Source: Eledone cirrhosa
Lineage: Eukaryota
DNA: 64,000 nucleotides
Assembly (NCBI GenBank): GCA_964016885.1
Contig: OZ024741.1
Coordinates: 414,160,001 to 414,224,000 of the forward strand
Direction: 5' to 3'
Part shown: positions 1 to 12,600 of the stretch, piece after piece
Numbering within the stretch: the first letter of the stretch is position 1
Layout: every line of letters begins with the position of its first letter
Notes under the pieces: generated by a model
What the model was told of the DNA's origin: nothing
Seen by the model: only the letters and a program-made list of their open reading frames with translations
The model's database searches: none
Program-made: the position numbers and the translations under genes

Positions 1-3000
1 AGACACTGCCTATGTTGTTTAATCCTTTCATTACCATATTTCTAATATAAGACACTATCTATGTTGTTTAACCCTTTCATTACCATATTTCTAATGTAAG
101 ACACTGTCTATGTTGTTTAACGCTTTCACTACCATATTTCTAATGTAAGACACTGTCTATGTTGTTTAACCATTTCATTACCATATTTCTAATGTAAGAC
201 ACTGTCTATGTTGTTTAACCCTTCCATTACCATATTTCTAACGTAAGACACTGTCTATATTGTTTAACCCTTTCATTACCATATTTCTAATGTAAGACAC
301 TGTCTATGTTGTTTAACCATTTCATTACCATATTTTTAATGTAAGACACTGTCTATCTTGTTTAACCCTTTCACTACCATATTTCTAATGTAAGACAGTA
401 TCTATGTTGTTTAACCCTTTCATTACCATATTTCTAATGTAAGACACTGTCTATGTTGTTTAACCCTTTCACTACCACATTTCTAATGTAAGACACTGCC
501 TATGTTGTTTAACACTTTCATTACCATATTTCTAATGTAAGAGACTGTCTATGTTGTTTAACCCTTTCATTACCATATTTCTAATGTAAGACACTGTCTA
601 TGTTGTTTAATCCTTCCATTACCATATTTCTAATGTAAGACACTGTCTATATTGTTTAACCCTTTCATTACCATATTTCTAATGTAAGACACTGTCTATG
701 TTGTTTAACCCTTTCATTACCATATTTCTAATGTAAGACACTATCTATGTTGTTTAACCCTTTCATTACCATATTTCTAATGTAAGACACTGTCTATGTT
801 GTTTAACCCTTTCACTACCATATCTCTAATGTAAGACACTGTCTATGTTGTTTAACCCTTCCACTACCATATTTCTAATGTAAGACAACATCTATGTTGT
901 TTAACCCTTTCATTACCATATTTCTAATGTAAGACACTGTCTATGTTGTTTAACCCATTCACTACCATATTTCTAATGTAAGACACTGTCTATGTTGTTT
1001 CATCCTTTCATTACAATATTTCTAATGTAAGACACTGTCTATGTTGTTTAACCCTTTCATTACCATATTTCTAATGTAAGACACTGTCTATGTTGTTTAA
1101 TCCTTCCATTACCATATTTCTAATGTAAGACACTGTCTATGTTGTTTAACCCTTTCACTACCATATTTCTAATGTAAGACACTGTCTATATTGTTTAATC
1201 CTTTCATTACAATATTTCTAATGTAAGACACTGTCTATGTTGTTTAACCCTTTCATTACCATATTTCTAATGTAAGACACTGTCTATGTTGTTTAACCCT
1301 TTCATTACCATATTTCTAATGTAAGACACTGTCTATGTTGTTTAACCCTTCCATTACCATATTACTAATGTAAGACACTGTCTATGTTGTTTAACCCTTC
1401 CATTACCATATTTCTAATGTAAGACACTGTCTATGTTGTTTAACCCTTCCATTACCATATTTCTAATGTAAGACACTGTCTATGTTGTTTAACCCTTTCA
1501 TTACCATATTTCTAATGTAAGACACTGTCTATGTTGTTTAACCCTTCCATTACCATATTTCTAATGTAAGACACTGTCTATGTTGTTTAACCCTTCCATT
1601 ACCATATTTCTAATGTAAGACACTGTCTATATTGTTTAACCCTTTCATTACCATATTTCTAATGTAAGACACTGCCTATGTTGTTTAATCCTTTCATTAC
1701 CATATTTCTAATGTAAGACACTATCTATGTTGTTTAACCCTTTCATTACCATATTTCTAATGTAAGACACTGTCTATGTTGTTTAACGCTTTCACTACCA
1801 TATTTCTAATGTAAGACACTGTCTATGTTGTTTAACCATTTCATTACCATATTTCTAATGTAAGACACTGTCTATGTTGTTTAACCCTTCCATTACCATA
1901 TTTCTAACGTAAGACACTGTCTATATTGTTTAACCCTTTCATTACCATATTTCTAATGTAAGACACTGTCTATGTTGTTTAACCATTTCATTACCATATT
2001 TTTAATGTAAGACACTGTCTATCTTGTTTAACCCTTTCACTACCATATTTCTAATGTAAGACAGTATCTATGTTGTTTAACCCTTTCATTACCATATTTC
2101 TAATGTAAGACACTGTCTATGTTGTTTAACCCTTTCACTACCACATTTCTAATGTAAGACACTGCCTATGTTGTTTAACACTTTCATTACCATATTTCTA
2201 ATGTAAGAGACTGTCTATGTTGTTTAACCCTTTCATTACCATATTTCTAATGTAAGACACTGTCTATGTTGTTTAATCCTTCCATTACCATATTTCTAAT
2301 GTAAGACACTGTCTATATTGTTTAACCCTTTCATTACCATATTTCTAATGTAAGACACTGTCTATGTTGTTTAACCCTTTCATTACCATATTTCTAATGT
2401 AAGACACTGTCTATGTTGTTTAACCATTTCATTACCATATTTCTAATGTAAGACACTGTCTATGTTGTTTAACACTTTCATTACCATATTTCTAATGTAA
2501 GACACTGTCTATGTTGTTTAATCCTTCCATTACCATATTTCTAATGTAAGAGACTGTCTATGTTGTTTAACCCTTTCATTACCATATTTCTAATGTAAGA
2601 CACTGTCTATGTTGTTTAATCCTTCCATTACCATATTTCTAATGTAAGACACTGTCTATATTGTTTAACCCTTTCATTACCATATTTCTAATGTAAGACA
2701 CTGTCTATGTTGTTTAACCCTTTCATTACCATATTTCTAATGTAAGACACTATCTATGTTGTTTAACCCTTTCATTACCATATTTCTAATGTAAGACACT
2801 ATCTATGTTGTTTAACCCTTTCATTACCATATTTCTAATGTAAGACACTGTCTATGTTGTTTAACCCTTTCACTACCATATTTCTAATGTAAGACACTCT
2901 CTATGTTGTTTAACCCTTCCACTACCATATTTCTAATGTAAGACAACATCTATGTTGTTTAACCCTTTCATTACCATATTTCTAATGTAAGACACTGTCT

Positions 3001-5352
3001 ATGTTGTTTAACCCATTCACTACCATATTTCTAATGTAAGACACTGTCTATGTTGTTTAATCCTTTCATTACAATATTTCTAATGTAAGACACTGTCTAT
3101 GTTGTTTAACCCTTCCATTACCATATCTCTAATATAAGACACTGTCTATGTTGTTTAACCCTTCCATTACCATATTTCTAATGTAAGACACTGTCTATGT
3201 TGTTTAACCCTTTCATTACCATATTTCTAATGTAAGACACTGTCTATGTTGTTTAACCCTTTCATTACCATATTTCTAATGTAAGACACTGTCTATGTTG
3301 TTTAACCCTTCCATTACCATATTTCTAATGTAAGACACTGTCTATGTTGTTTAACCCTTCCATTACCATATTTCTAATGTAAGACACTGTCTATGTTGTT
3401 TAACCCTTCCATTACCATATTTCTAATGTAAGACACTGTCTATGTTGTTTAACCCTTTCATTACCATATTTCTAATGTAAGACACTGTCCATGTTGTTTA
3501 ACCCTTCCATTACCATATTTCTAATGTAAGACACTGTCTATGTTGTTTAACCCTTCCATTACCATATTTCTAATGTAAGACACTGTCTATGTTGTTTAAC
3601 CCTTCCATTACCATATTTCTAATGTAAGACACTGTCTATGTTGTTTAACCCTTCCATTACCATATTTCTAATGTAAGACACTGTCTATGTTGTTTAACCC
3701 TTCCATTACCATATTTCTAATGTAAGACACTGTCTATGTTGTTTAACCCTTCCATTACCATATTTCTAATGTAAGACACTGTCTATGTTGTTTAACCCTT
3801 CCAGTACCATATTTCTAATGTAAGACACTGTCTATGTTGTTTAACCCTTCCATTACCATATTTCTAATGTAAGACACTGTCTATGTTGTTTAATCCTTCC
3901 ATTACCATATTTCTAATGTAAGACACTGTCTATATTGTTTAACCCTTTCATTACCATATTTCTAATGTAAGACACTGTCTATGTTGTTTAACCCTTTCAT
4001 TACCATATTTCTAATGTAAGACACTATCTATGTTGTTTAACCCTTTCATTACCATATTTCTAATGTAAGACACTATCTATGTTGTTTAACCCTTTCATTA
4101 CCATATTTCTAATGTAAGACACTGTCTATGTTGTTTAACCCTTTCACTACCATATTTCTAATGTAAGACACTCTCTATGTTGTTTAACCCTTCCACTACC
4201 ATATTTCTAATGTAAGACAACATCTATGTTGTTTAACCCTTTCATTACCATATTTCTAATGTAAGACACTGTCTATGTTGTTTAACCCATTCACTACCAT
4301 ATTTCTAATGTAAGACACTGTCTATGTTGTTTAATCCTTTCATTACAATATTTCTAATGTAAGACACTGTCTATGTTGTTTAACCCTTTCATTACCATAT
4401 TTCTAATGTAAGACACTGTCTATGTTGTTTAACCCTTCCATTACCATATTTCTAATGTAAGACACTGTCTATGTTGTTTAACCCTTTCACTACCATATTT
4501 CTAATGTAAGACACTGTCTATATTGTTTAATCCTTTCATTACAATATTTCTAATGTAAGACACTGTCTATGTTGTTTAACCCTTCCATTACCATATCTCT
4601 AATATAAGACACTGTCTATGTTGTTTAACCCTTCCATTACCATATTTCTAATGTAAGACACTGTCTATGTTGTTTAACCCTTTCATTACCATATTTCTAA
4701 TGTAAGACACTGTCTATGTTGTTTAACCCTTTCATTACCATATTTCTAATGTAAGACACTGTCTATGTTGTTTAACCCTTCCATTACCATATTTCTAATG
4801 TAAGACACTGTCTATGTTGTTTAACCCTTCCATTACCATATTTCTAATGTAAGACACTGTCTATGTTGTTTAACCCTTCCATTACCATATTTCTAATGTA
4901 AGACACTGTCTATGTTGTTTAACCCTTTCATTACCATATTTCTAATGTAAGACACTGTCCATGTTGTTTAACCCTTCCATTACCATATTTCTAATGTAAG
5001 ACACTGTCTATGTTGTTTAACCCTTCCATTACCATATTTCTAATGTAAGACACTGTCTATGTTGTTTAACCCTTCCATTACCATATTTCTAATGTAAGAC
5101 ACTGTCTATGTTGTTTAACCCTTCCAGTACCATATTTCTAATGTAAGACACTGTCTATGTTGTTTAACCCTTTCATTACCATATTTCTAATGTAAGACAC
5201 TGTCTATGTTGTGTAACCCTTCCATTACCATATTTCTAATGTAAGACACTGTCTATGTTGTTTAACCCTTTCATTACCATATTTCTAATGTAAGACACTG
5301 TCTATGTTGTTTAACCCTTCCATTACCATATTTCTAATGTAAGATACTGCCT
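1..5352. repeat. 49-bp tandem satellite (consensus AGACACTGTCTATGTTGTTTAACCCTTTCATTACCATATTTCTAATGTA), ~109 copies, extends beyond window start
   Basis: Direct 49-bp periodicity. Rare variants recur at a 1666-bp (34 x 49) offset, e.g. AGACACTGCC at 1 and 1667, CGCTTTCACT at 121 and 1787. Confidence 0.97.
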
Positions 5353-5553
5353 ATGATTTTCAAATAATTTTGAAAATACTTGAGTATTCTGAGAGATTTA
5401 GTAATACAACTAATGTTCTCATTATTAGTCTTGTATTTGGAATATAACTTAACAAAGTTAAGTTACGTTCCATTATAATAGAGGGTTTTTAGATGAATAT
5501 AAACAGTTCTATATCTTAGAACCAGATGTGGTTTCAAGCTTGGAAAGGGTTAG
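5311..5553. mobile_element. Degenerate TTAA-type (piggyBac-like) MITE whose left end is the last satellite monomer
   Basis: Left end TTAACCCTTCC at 5311; right end GGAAAGGGTTAG at 5542-5553 is its inverted complement. The interior continues without a break from the monomer sequence. Confidence 0.6.
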
Positions 5554-5739
5554 ATTATAGCAAAACATTTTTTACACTCCAAAACCAAACTGCATTGAAC
5601 AAAAGGCTCCAAGAATGGAGCAGAGGGGATGTTATTTCCAAAATATGCCATGTGTGAACCTAAAGATCCAGTCTTTAATGCTGCAGTCATTAGGGCATAG
5701 TTAATTAAATCATCTTGTCTGCTACTTTGTTTCATCAGA

Positions 5740-5880
5740 CCAGTATGTACCAGTATGACAGGTAAATTTAACCATTTGTACCAGTATGACAGGTAAAATT
5801 AACTATTTTGAACTAGTATGACAGGTAAAATTAACTATTTTGAACTAGTATGACAGGTAAAATTAACTATTTTGAACCAA
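5740..5880. repeat. Short ~32-bp minisatellite, ~4 copies
   Basis: CTAGTATGACAGGTAAAATTAACTATTTTGAA repeated in tandem. Confidence 0.85.
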
Positions 5881-6114
5881 AATGATAAACAACTGTAAAT
5901 ACTGCAAGGTATTTTTCTATGATACTCAAATGATTCTCAGCAATTCCACCATCCTTTATAATAATGGTTTCTCTGCCAATATGCCGCCTGCATTACAACA
6001 CAGGATATCAGACATTGTGATTTATACAAATATACATAGAGAAAAATAAATAAGGATTATAATTTTTTCATATTCTGTCTTCAAAAATATCACTGAATTC
6101 TTTTGGCTGTTAAA

Positions 6115-6440
6115 TAATGGTTTCTGATTTAAGCAACAAAGCCAACAATTTTAGGGAATGGGAAAGTAGGTTAAATTGATCCGAGTGTGTGTGTTACTGG
6201 TACTTTATTTTATCAACCTCATAAGGACAAAAGACAAAGCTAACGTCAGCAGGATAATAATAATAATAATAATAATAATAATATTTTTACTTTTGGAACA
6301 AGGCCAGCAATTACCCCAGTGAATTACTGGCGCTTTATTTCATCGACCCCATAAGGATGAAAGGCAAAGTTAACTTTGGCGGGATTTGAACTCAGAACAT
6401 AAAGGGATGTAACTAGATGCCAATTCACTGTTCTGCTTCC
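6115..6440 (-). mobile_element. Two tRNA-derived SINE copies (first one degenerate) separated by an (AAT)n tract
   Basis: Minus strand shows B-box-like GAGTTCAAATCC followed by AACTTTGCCTTTCATCCTTATGGGGTCGATGAAATAA. The same family recurs at 23.4, 32.2 and 52.4-52.9 kb. Confidence 0.7.
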
Positions 6441-6470
6441 AATAACAGTTTCTGACATTGGCACAATTTT

Positions 6471-6930
6471 CATCATCATCATCATCACTGTTTTACGTCT
6501 GTTCTTCCACGCTAGCATGGGTTAAACAGGTTATCCTGTTGTGGGCAGTGTCTGGTTGGCTGACCTTGCCTTGCTCATACAGGAACTGATTTTGGCTTGA
6601 TTTCTACAGCTGGATGCCCTTCCTAACACCAACCCCATTTACAGTGAGTGCTGGGTGCTTTTTTCCATGGCGCCTACATGTCCACTTTACAGTGGAAGGT
6701 GTGGGGGCATAGTGTCTATATGCTTCAGATTCGGTTTGTACCCATGGGAGGTTGGGTACTCTGTATTACTGCGTGACGCCAGAGGTCACGGTCGTGTGTC
6801 ATCGCCTTTGAGAGGTGTAATTGGGTAAGGTCGGCTTTTATCACCTCATCCCAGGTCTTCTTGGGTCTCCCTACTCCGTGGTTTCCATTGACTTCTAGTG
6901 CTCTGCACCTTTTTATGCAGCTGTCATCCT
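6471..6930 (-). mobile_element. 3' fragment of an RTE-clade LINE with (GAT)n tail
   Basis: Minus strand near 6840-6880 reads GRPKKTWDEV, a typical RTE ORF C-terminal motif. (CAT)n on the plus strand at 6471-6486 marks the tail. Confidence 0.6.
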
Positions 6931-7125
6931 TTTGGAAATTTTGGAAATGTCAATGAAATTAACCCCAGTACTTTACCATTTTATTTTCCCCTGAAGGATA
7001 AAAGACAAGAATAATAATTTCTAATGTCTGTTATATTACATCAAGTAATGTTGAACTGAAGAAAGTTTACATTTCTCATGACTAAAGTACTATTATTACC
7101 ACTGAAGTCTCTCTTAATCCTTTAG

Positions 7126-7703
7126 CATTTACATTACTCTATATATACTATTGTATTTTCACAGTAAAGGCTTTACCTCACATAATATCTCACATAACAT
7201 TAACATTACTCTATGTATACTATTGTATTTTCACAGTAAAGGCTTTACCTCACATAATACTTCACATAACAATTACATTACTCTATATATACTATTGTAT
7301 TTTCACAGTAAACGCTTTACCTCACATAATATCTCACATAACATTTACATTACTCTATATATACTATTGTATTTTCACAGTAAAGGCTTTACCTCATATA
7401 ATACCTCGCATAACATTTACATTACTCTATATATACTATTGTATTTTCACAGTAAAGGCTTTACCTCACATAATATCTCACATAACATTTACATTACTCT
7501 ATATATACTATTGTATTTTCACAGTAAAGGCTTTACCTCACATAATATCTCACATAACATTTACATTACTCTATATATACTATTGTATTTTCACAGTAAA
7601 GGCTTTACCTCACATAATATCTCACATAACATTTACATTACTCTATATATACTATTGTATTTTCACAGTAAAGGTTTTACCTCACATAATATCTCACATA
7701 ACA
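7126..7703. repeat. 72-bp satellite block 1 (~8 copies)
   Basis: Unit CATTACTCTATATATACTATTGTATTTTCACAGTAAAGGCTTTACCTCACATAATATCTCACATAACATTTA; 24-aa periodicity in the spurious ORF 7151-7729. Confidence 0.95.
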
Positions 7704-7914
7704 TCTCGTATACGAGAGACGTGTGTTGACGTGTGTGAACAAGCTCGGCTACCGAGTCGGATTTACTTACTCAAAAAGTGAGTTTTGATTAATTTTTTAT
7801 ACTGTAATATACGTTAACCCCTTGCCTTGGTCGTCAAACTTTGAGTTTATTTATTTTCGCCCCTTTTTGGGGCGAATTTTCCAGTTAAAAATTTATTACG
7901 GCAAACTAATAGAA

Positions 7915-9657
7915 ATGGACGGAATTTTCACATCTCATCCTAACGTGAAAGCCACGCCCCCTAAGAAAGGTGATACAGAGAAGCTAGAAGCACAAGGCTC
8001 TAAGTCTTCCCTCCTCACTTCTGCAAAAGAAACATGGAACACGGAATTAAAAGAAAAATTTGTAGAAATGGGTGAAAACCCAGAAAGTCACATAAACGCA
8101 GACAAAAACATCAACGACAATAACAGCAATAGTCACAACACCAACCAAGGAAAAAATAACGATAACACCAAACAAAGTGAACCCACTACTGGTACCTCCT
8201 TTGCACAGGCGGTCCGGAAAACACAAACCTGCAAGCAACTGGACATTACAACTCTGAGAGAAAAGATGAAGGAAGCGAAACAGTATGTAACTTTCAAAGA
8301 AGGAGGAGACTTCACAATCACCTCCCCACAAGAAATCAAAAGAGACACGACGCTAAGAACGATATCTTTCAGAACAATTTCCAACATAACAAGGAAACCA
8401 ACTCAATTATCCCAAAAAGAGATTGAGCTGGTCCTAAAAAATGTGTGGAGTGATATATCGTTCATACAAAAAGGGCCACTCTATGGGAATATAACGGTCC
8501 TAATGAAGGATCAATTGACGGCCAGGAAATACTCTGTGGCACCAATTGTTTCCAAGATATATACATTTTTCCCCACATATTTAGGGAAAAGAACGCAGAA
8601 GATAAGGGTCTCCGGAATCCGGCCAAATGCATGCATTTCCTGGGTACTAACAGGATTTTTAGAAGACGAGGACGGAATCCTCTCAGTAGGAGAAGTCACC
8701 ACAGACGTTTTCGGCGGTTTGAGCGTGGAGGTTCTGGTCCAAATGAGACCAGAACGAATCGCTAGAATACCACAGAGGGTGTCCCTCGATGGAGAAACAT
8801 TTATATATATTTCAGCCGAGGGTAGGAGGCCCATATGTTACTACTGTTCAAGCAGGGGTCATCTAAGGGCTGCTTGTCCTCAATTGACAAAAAAAAAGGC
8901 TCTTTTGCCTACACCCCACACACCACCACCGCCACCACCACCACCACCACCACCTCCACCACCACCACCACAACAACAACAAAAACAACAGGGAAAAATA
9001 ACACAAGACACGGCCCCACCCAAAACAACTCCCAAAACACACACAAATACAACAAAACCCCAAAATACACCACTACCCGACAGCACGGACGAGGACCCAG
9101 CGGAAACGGCACCTAGTGACGAAGAGGGGGAACCCTTCCAACCTGTAAAAAGGAAAAAAAGAAAGCACCACTCGAACATAAACGAAACAAACACACAACC
9201 ACCAACAAAAACAAAACAAACAGAACAAACAAAATCCGCCCCACCCCAAAACATAACACATACAACAAAACGTAAGCACACACAAGAACAACAAACAAAC
9301 ACAACACAAATAAAACAGTATACATACATTAACACAAATAACAAAGAACTAGTAAAAACAATACACAAAGACCCTTTGGTGGAAACTGAAGGGCAATTCT
9401 TTGCAAGCGCGGCCAACAAACCGCATTTAAAAATGATAAGACTCCCAATGGACACCTATGCAAAACTAAGAGAGAACTTTCCTGAGGACGTGGGGAAAAC
9501 ATGTACTCGACCCTATAACCGCGTCCTCTTGAAACGTTTCCCCACCCACACCTCACCAAACACCCCCACTCCACCACAGAACAACACCCCACCAAACAAC
9601 CCCTCCAATACGCCCATGGATATTGTGCAACCTGCTCCTCAGGAGCCGAACAGGTAG
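7915..9657 (+). CDS. LINE ORF1 (gag-like nucleic-acid-binding protein with CCHC zinc knuckle)
   Basis: CYYCSSRGHLRAAC fits CX2CX4HX4C; Pro/Gln/Thr-rich linker; basic KRKKRK. First ATG at 7915 (MDGIFTSH) is conserved in copy 2 at 14389, while the upstream extension is not. Confidence 0.88.
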   Translation: MDGIFTSHPNVKATPPKKGDTEKLEAQGSKSSLLTSAKETWNTELKEKFVEMGENPESHINADKNINDNNSNSHNTNQGKNNDNTKQSEPTTGTSFAQAVRKTQTCKQLDITTLREKMKEAKQYVTFKEGGDFTITSPQEIKRDTTLRTISFRTISNITRKPTQLSQKEIELVLKNVWSDISFIQKGPLYGNITVLMKDQLTARKYSVAPIVSKIYTFFPTYLGKRTQKIRVSGIRPNACISWVLTGFLEDEDGILSVGEVTTDVFGGLSVEVLVQMRPERIARIPQRVSLDGETFIYISAEGRRPICYYCSSRGHLRAACPQLTKKKALLPTPHTPPPPPPPPPPPPPPPPQQQQKQQGKITQDTAPPKTTPKTHTNTTKPQNTPLPDSTDEDPAETAPSDEEGEPFQPVKRKKRKHHSNINETNTQPPTKTKQTEQTKSAPPQNITHTTKRKHTQEQQTNTTQIKQYTYINTNNKELVKTIHKDPLVETEGQFFASAANKPHLKMIRLPMDTYAKLRENFPEDVGKTCTRPYNRVLLKRFPTHTSPNTPTPPQNNTPPNNPSNTPMDIVQPAPQEPNR

Positions 9658-9678
9658 GTCCTTCCTCTTTTAACCAAC

Positions 9679-12600
9679 ATGGCTGATATAAGAGTTGGGT
9701 TTCTGAATGTACGTGGCCTGGGACTGTCTTGGAAACAAGGCAAACTTTTAAACGATCTCAGGTCACATAGAATGGATGTAATGGCTATTTGCGAGTCCAG
9801 GATCAGCAGCGAGCACCAACTGGCGCCCCTCTTCGACGACTTTGAGATCTTCGCATCTCTCTGTCAACCGGGGGGTGGGGGTGGAGTTGTCGTTCTGCTG
9901 CGAAAACACCTGGGCCTCGCCATACAGAAGGTGCACCTGGACCCGGAGGGTCGACTGGTGGTTTTAGACGTCGGCAGTAGTGAAAGTGGAGCCCTTAGAC
10001 TAATAGCTGTGTACGCCCCTTTTTGGGCAGCGCGGCCGGAATACTTCCAACGTCTGGAAACTTTTCTGGGAACGTCCCGCTCCTTGCTTTTAGTGGGGGA
10101 CTGGAATGGTATCCTGGATGCACGTTGGGACTATGTAGGGGCATGTGCCAATAGAGGGGGGTGTAAAAGCCTCAAAAGGTTAATCGGCCGATTTGACCTG
10201 GCCGATAGATATCGACTAGATTTTCCGACTGTACCACTATGGACGTGGACCAATCGCAGTGGAACATCTAGGTCGTACCTAGATAGGGTCCTAGTTAGAG
10301 AGAACGATAGGGACACATTTAGCTGTCCAAAAATGTTCATGGTTGACTATTCGGATCACAAGTTAGTGACCTGCATAGCCAACCTTGATAGAACCCATAG
10401 ACAGGGACCCGGTTACTGGAAGCTGAACTTGTCCTTACCGAGAAGCAAAGCTTACAGTAAACGGATTAGCACGTTAGTTAAGCAGAATTTGACAGGGGCA
10501 ATTGTCAACAACAGGTGGTGGAGCTCTCTTAAGAGAGCAATTAGAATAGAATCGATAGGTTTTAGTCAGGAATTAGCAAGGGATAGGAACAAGACGGAAA
10601 GGGAATTAGTAGATAGAGTAGAAGAGGCGATTAGGAGTGGCAATGTAGCCGGCGTGCTGGCATCAAGAATGGCCTTAGACCAGTTCTTTGAGGTGAAGCA
10701 TGAAGGCTGCGTTGTCAGGAGTAAAATACGTGCTCTGGGTAATGAGGGAGCCAAAGCTGTAAGCTGGGCCCGAGTGACAGAGGCAAAAAGTGGGAACAAG
10801 TCCACGATTCGGTCTTTGAAGGACCAGGATGGGCGTGTGATCCTTGAACCTGGGCAGATGTGTGCGGCCTTTCAGCGGCACTTTGCACGACTGTTCGAGA
10901 GGGGCGGCGCGCCGGGTGAGACTATGGATTTCAATCCATACCTCGACGGTCTGCCGCGCCTCTCGGACGCGGAGGCGAAGTCCTGCGAAAGGACGATTTC
11001 AGCTGCTGAGATAGGGGCGGCGCTGAGCCAATGCGGCAAACGCAAATCCCCGGGTCTCGATGGTCTACCATACGAGCTATATGTAGCGATGCCGGACTTG
11101 TTCTCCGATATCCTCGAAGCGGTCTACTGCAACTGGCAGCAGAACGGGAGAATTCCCAGTTCTGTGACCAAGGGCGTAGTTACGCTGGTGAGGAAGGATG
11201 AGAACAAGGGGGATGACATAAGTAACTTCAGGCCCATAACTCTGCTAAATACAGAGTTAAAGATTTTGGCCAAGGTGTTAGCGAAGAGGTTGGCGCTTGT
11301 CGTTGGAAACCTGGTGGGAGAAGCGCAGACATGCGCAATCCCGTCCAGGTCCATTCACGACAATCTCCACCTTATGCGATACATCATAGAGAGGGTAGGG
11401 AATGAACCCGGCTTTGGTGGGGCCCTGATCAACTTGGATCAATCTAAAGCTTTCGATAGGGTTGACCATCGTTACCTGGATGCGGTGCTCGCGGCGGCAG
11501 GCTTCGGACCCGTTTTCAGGGGTTGGATTGCTGCGATGCACAGCAGCAACGTCTGCTCAAGGGTCAAGGTGAACGGCCACCTCTCGGAGCCGTTCCAAAT
11601 CATGCGATCCATCCGACAGGGATGCCCTCTCTCCTCCCTACTGTATGTGCTGGCTCTTGAGCCACTACTGCGGAAGTTGGAGCGGTTGCAGGGCATCCCT
11701 TTGGAACCGGGATTGCAGAAAGCGGCGTCGGCCTACGCCGATGACGTGACAGTAATGGTGTCGAAAACCTCGCAAATCGGTGAGATCGGCACCTTACTGG
11801 AGGAATATGAAAGGTTTACAGGAGCCAAGCTGAACCGGGACAAGTCCGTCGGTTTGCAACTCGGAACATGGAGAGGCAAACCGATGCCCTCCAACGACGT
11901 CGTCGGACGCTGGACGGAGGGCCCGGTGAAGCTGCTTGGGGTCTGGTTCGGACCAGACCTCCAGGTGGAGAAAAACTGGAACGAGGTAACGGCCAGGGTG
12001 TTTGCACTCACCCAGAAGTGGGCCCAGTGCAAACTATCCCTGAAAGGTCGAGCGGAGGTGGCGAATACTTATATAGCATCCGTCATCTACTACCGCTTGA
12101 CCGTCGTGCCTTGCCCAGTGAAAAGACTCGCCAAAATGGAGTGCGCGCTGTTCCAATTTCTTTGGAACAAGCGGACCCCTTTGGTGAGGAGATCCATCTG
12201 CTGTCAACACCCTTCGAAAGGAGGGCTGGGGATGCCGTGGCTACAGATGCGTAAACACGCATTAAGGCTACGGCACCTCCAGGTATTCCTCACCGGTCAA
12301 CCGGTGTGGGCCCCGTTTGTGAGGCGAGCCTTTCCCAGACTCGTCTCGCTCACCGAGCTGCAATCCTGGGTCAAGCAAAGACCGAGAAAAGTGGGCGACT
12401 GGCACATTGAATGTGCCCAGGCGCTCACGGCCCTCTGGAAAGCGGACCCGGCAATCAGTGGAGACTCCACCTCGACATTCTATAGAGGGTTGGTACGCAG
12501 CAGGTGCGACGATGCTCTCGGAGAAGCTCTAGGCATGGAGGAAGATGAACTGGCCAGTCTGTTCGGTAGGACGTTTGGCCCTGGACCGATGGACAACTTC

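Noticed and set aside
5550-6000. 61-aa ORF and possible acceptor (TGCAG near 5990) as further unc-79 exons
   Set aside because: No recognisable homology and no convincing phase-compatible splice pair.
7151-7729. ORFs with YFHSKGFTSHN repeats (also 13997, 19403, 19465, 21224)
   Set aside because: Translation of the 72/60-bp satellite with non-ATG starts; no coding evidence.
7822-7914. N-terminal extension of ORF1 from a TTG start
   Set aside because: Non-ATG start, and the frame is disrupted by indels in copy 2; the ATG at 7915 is preferred.
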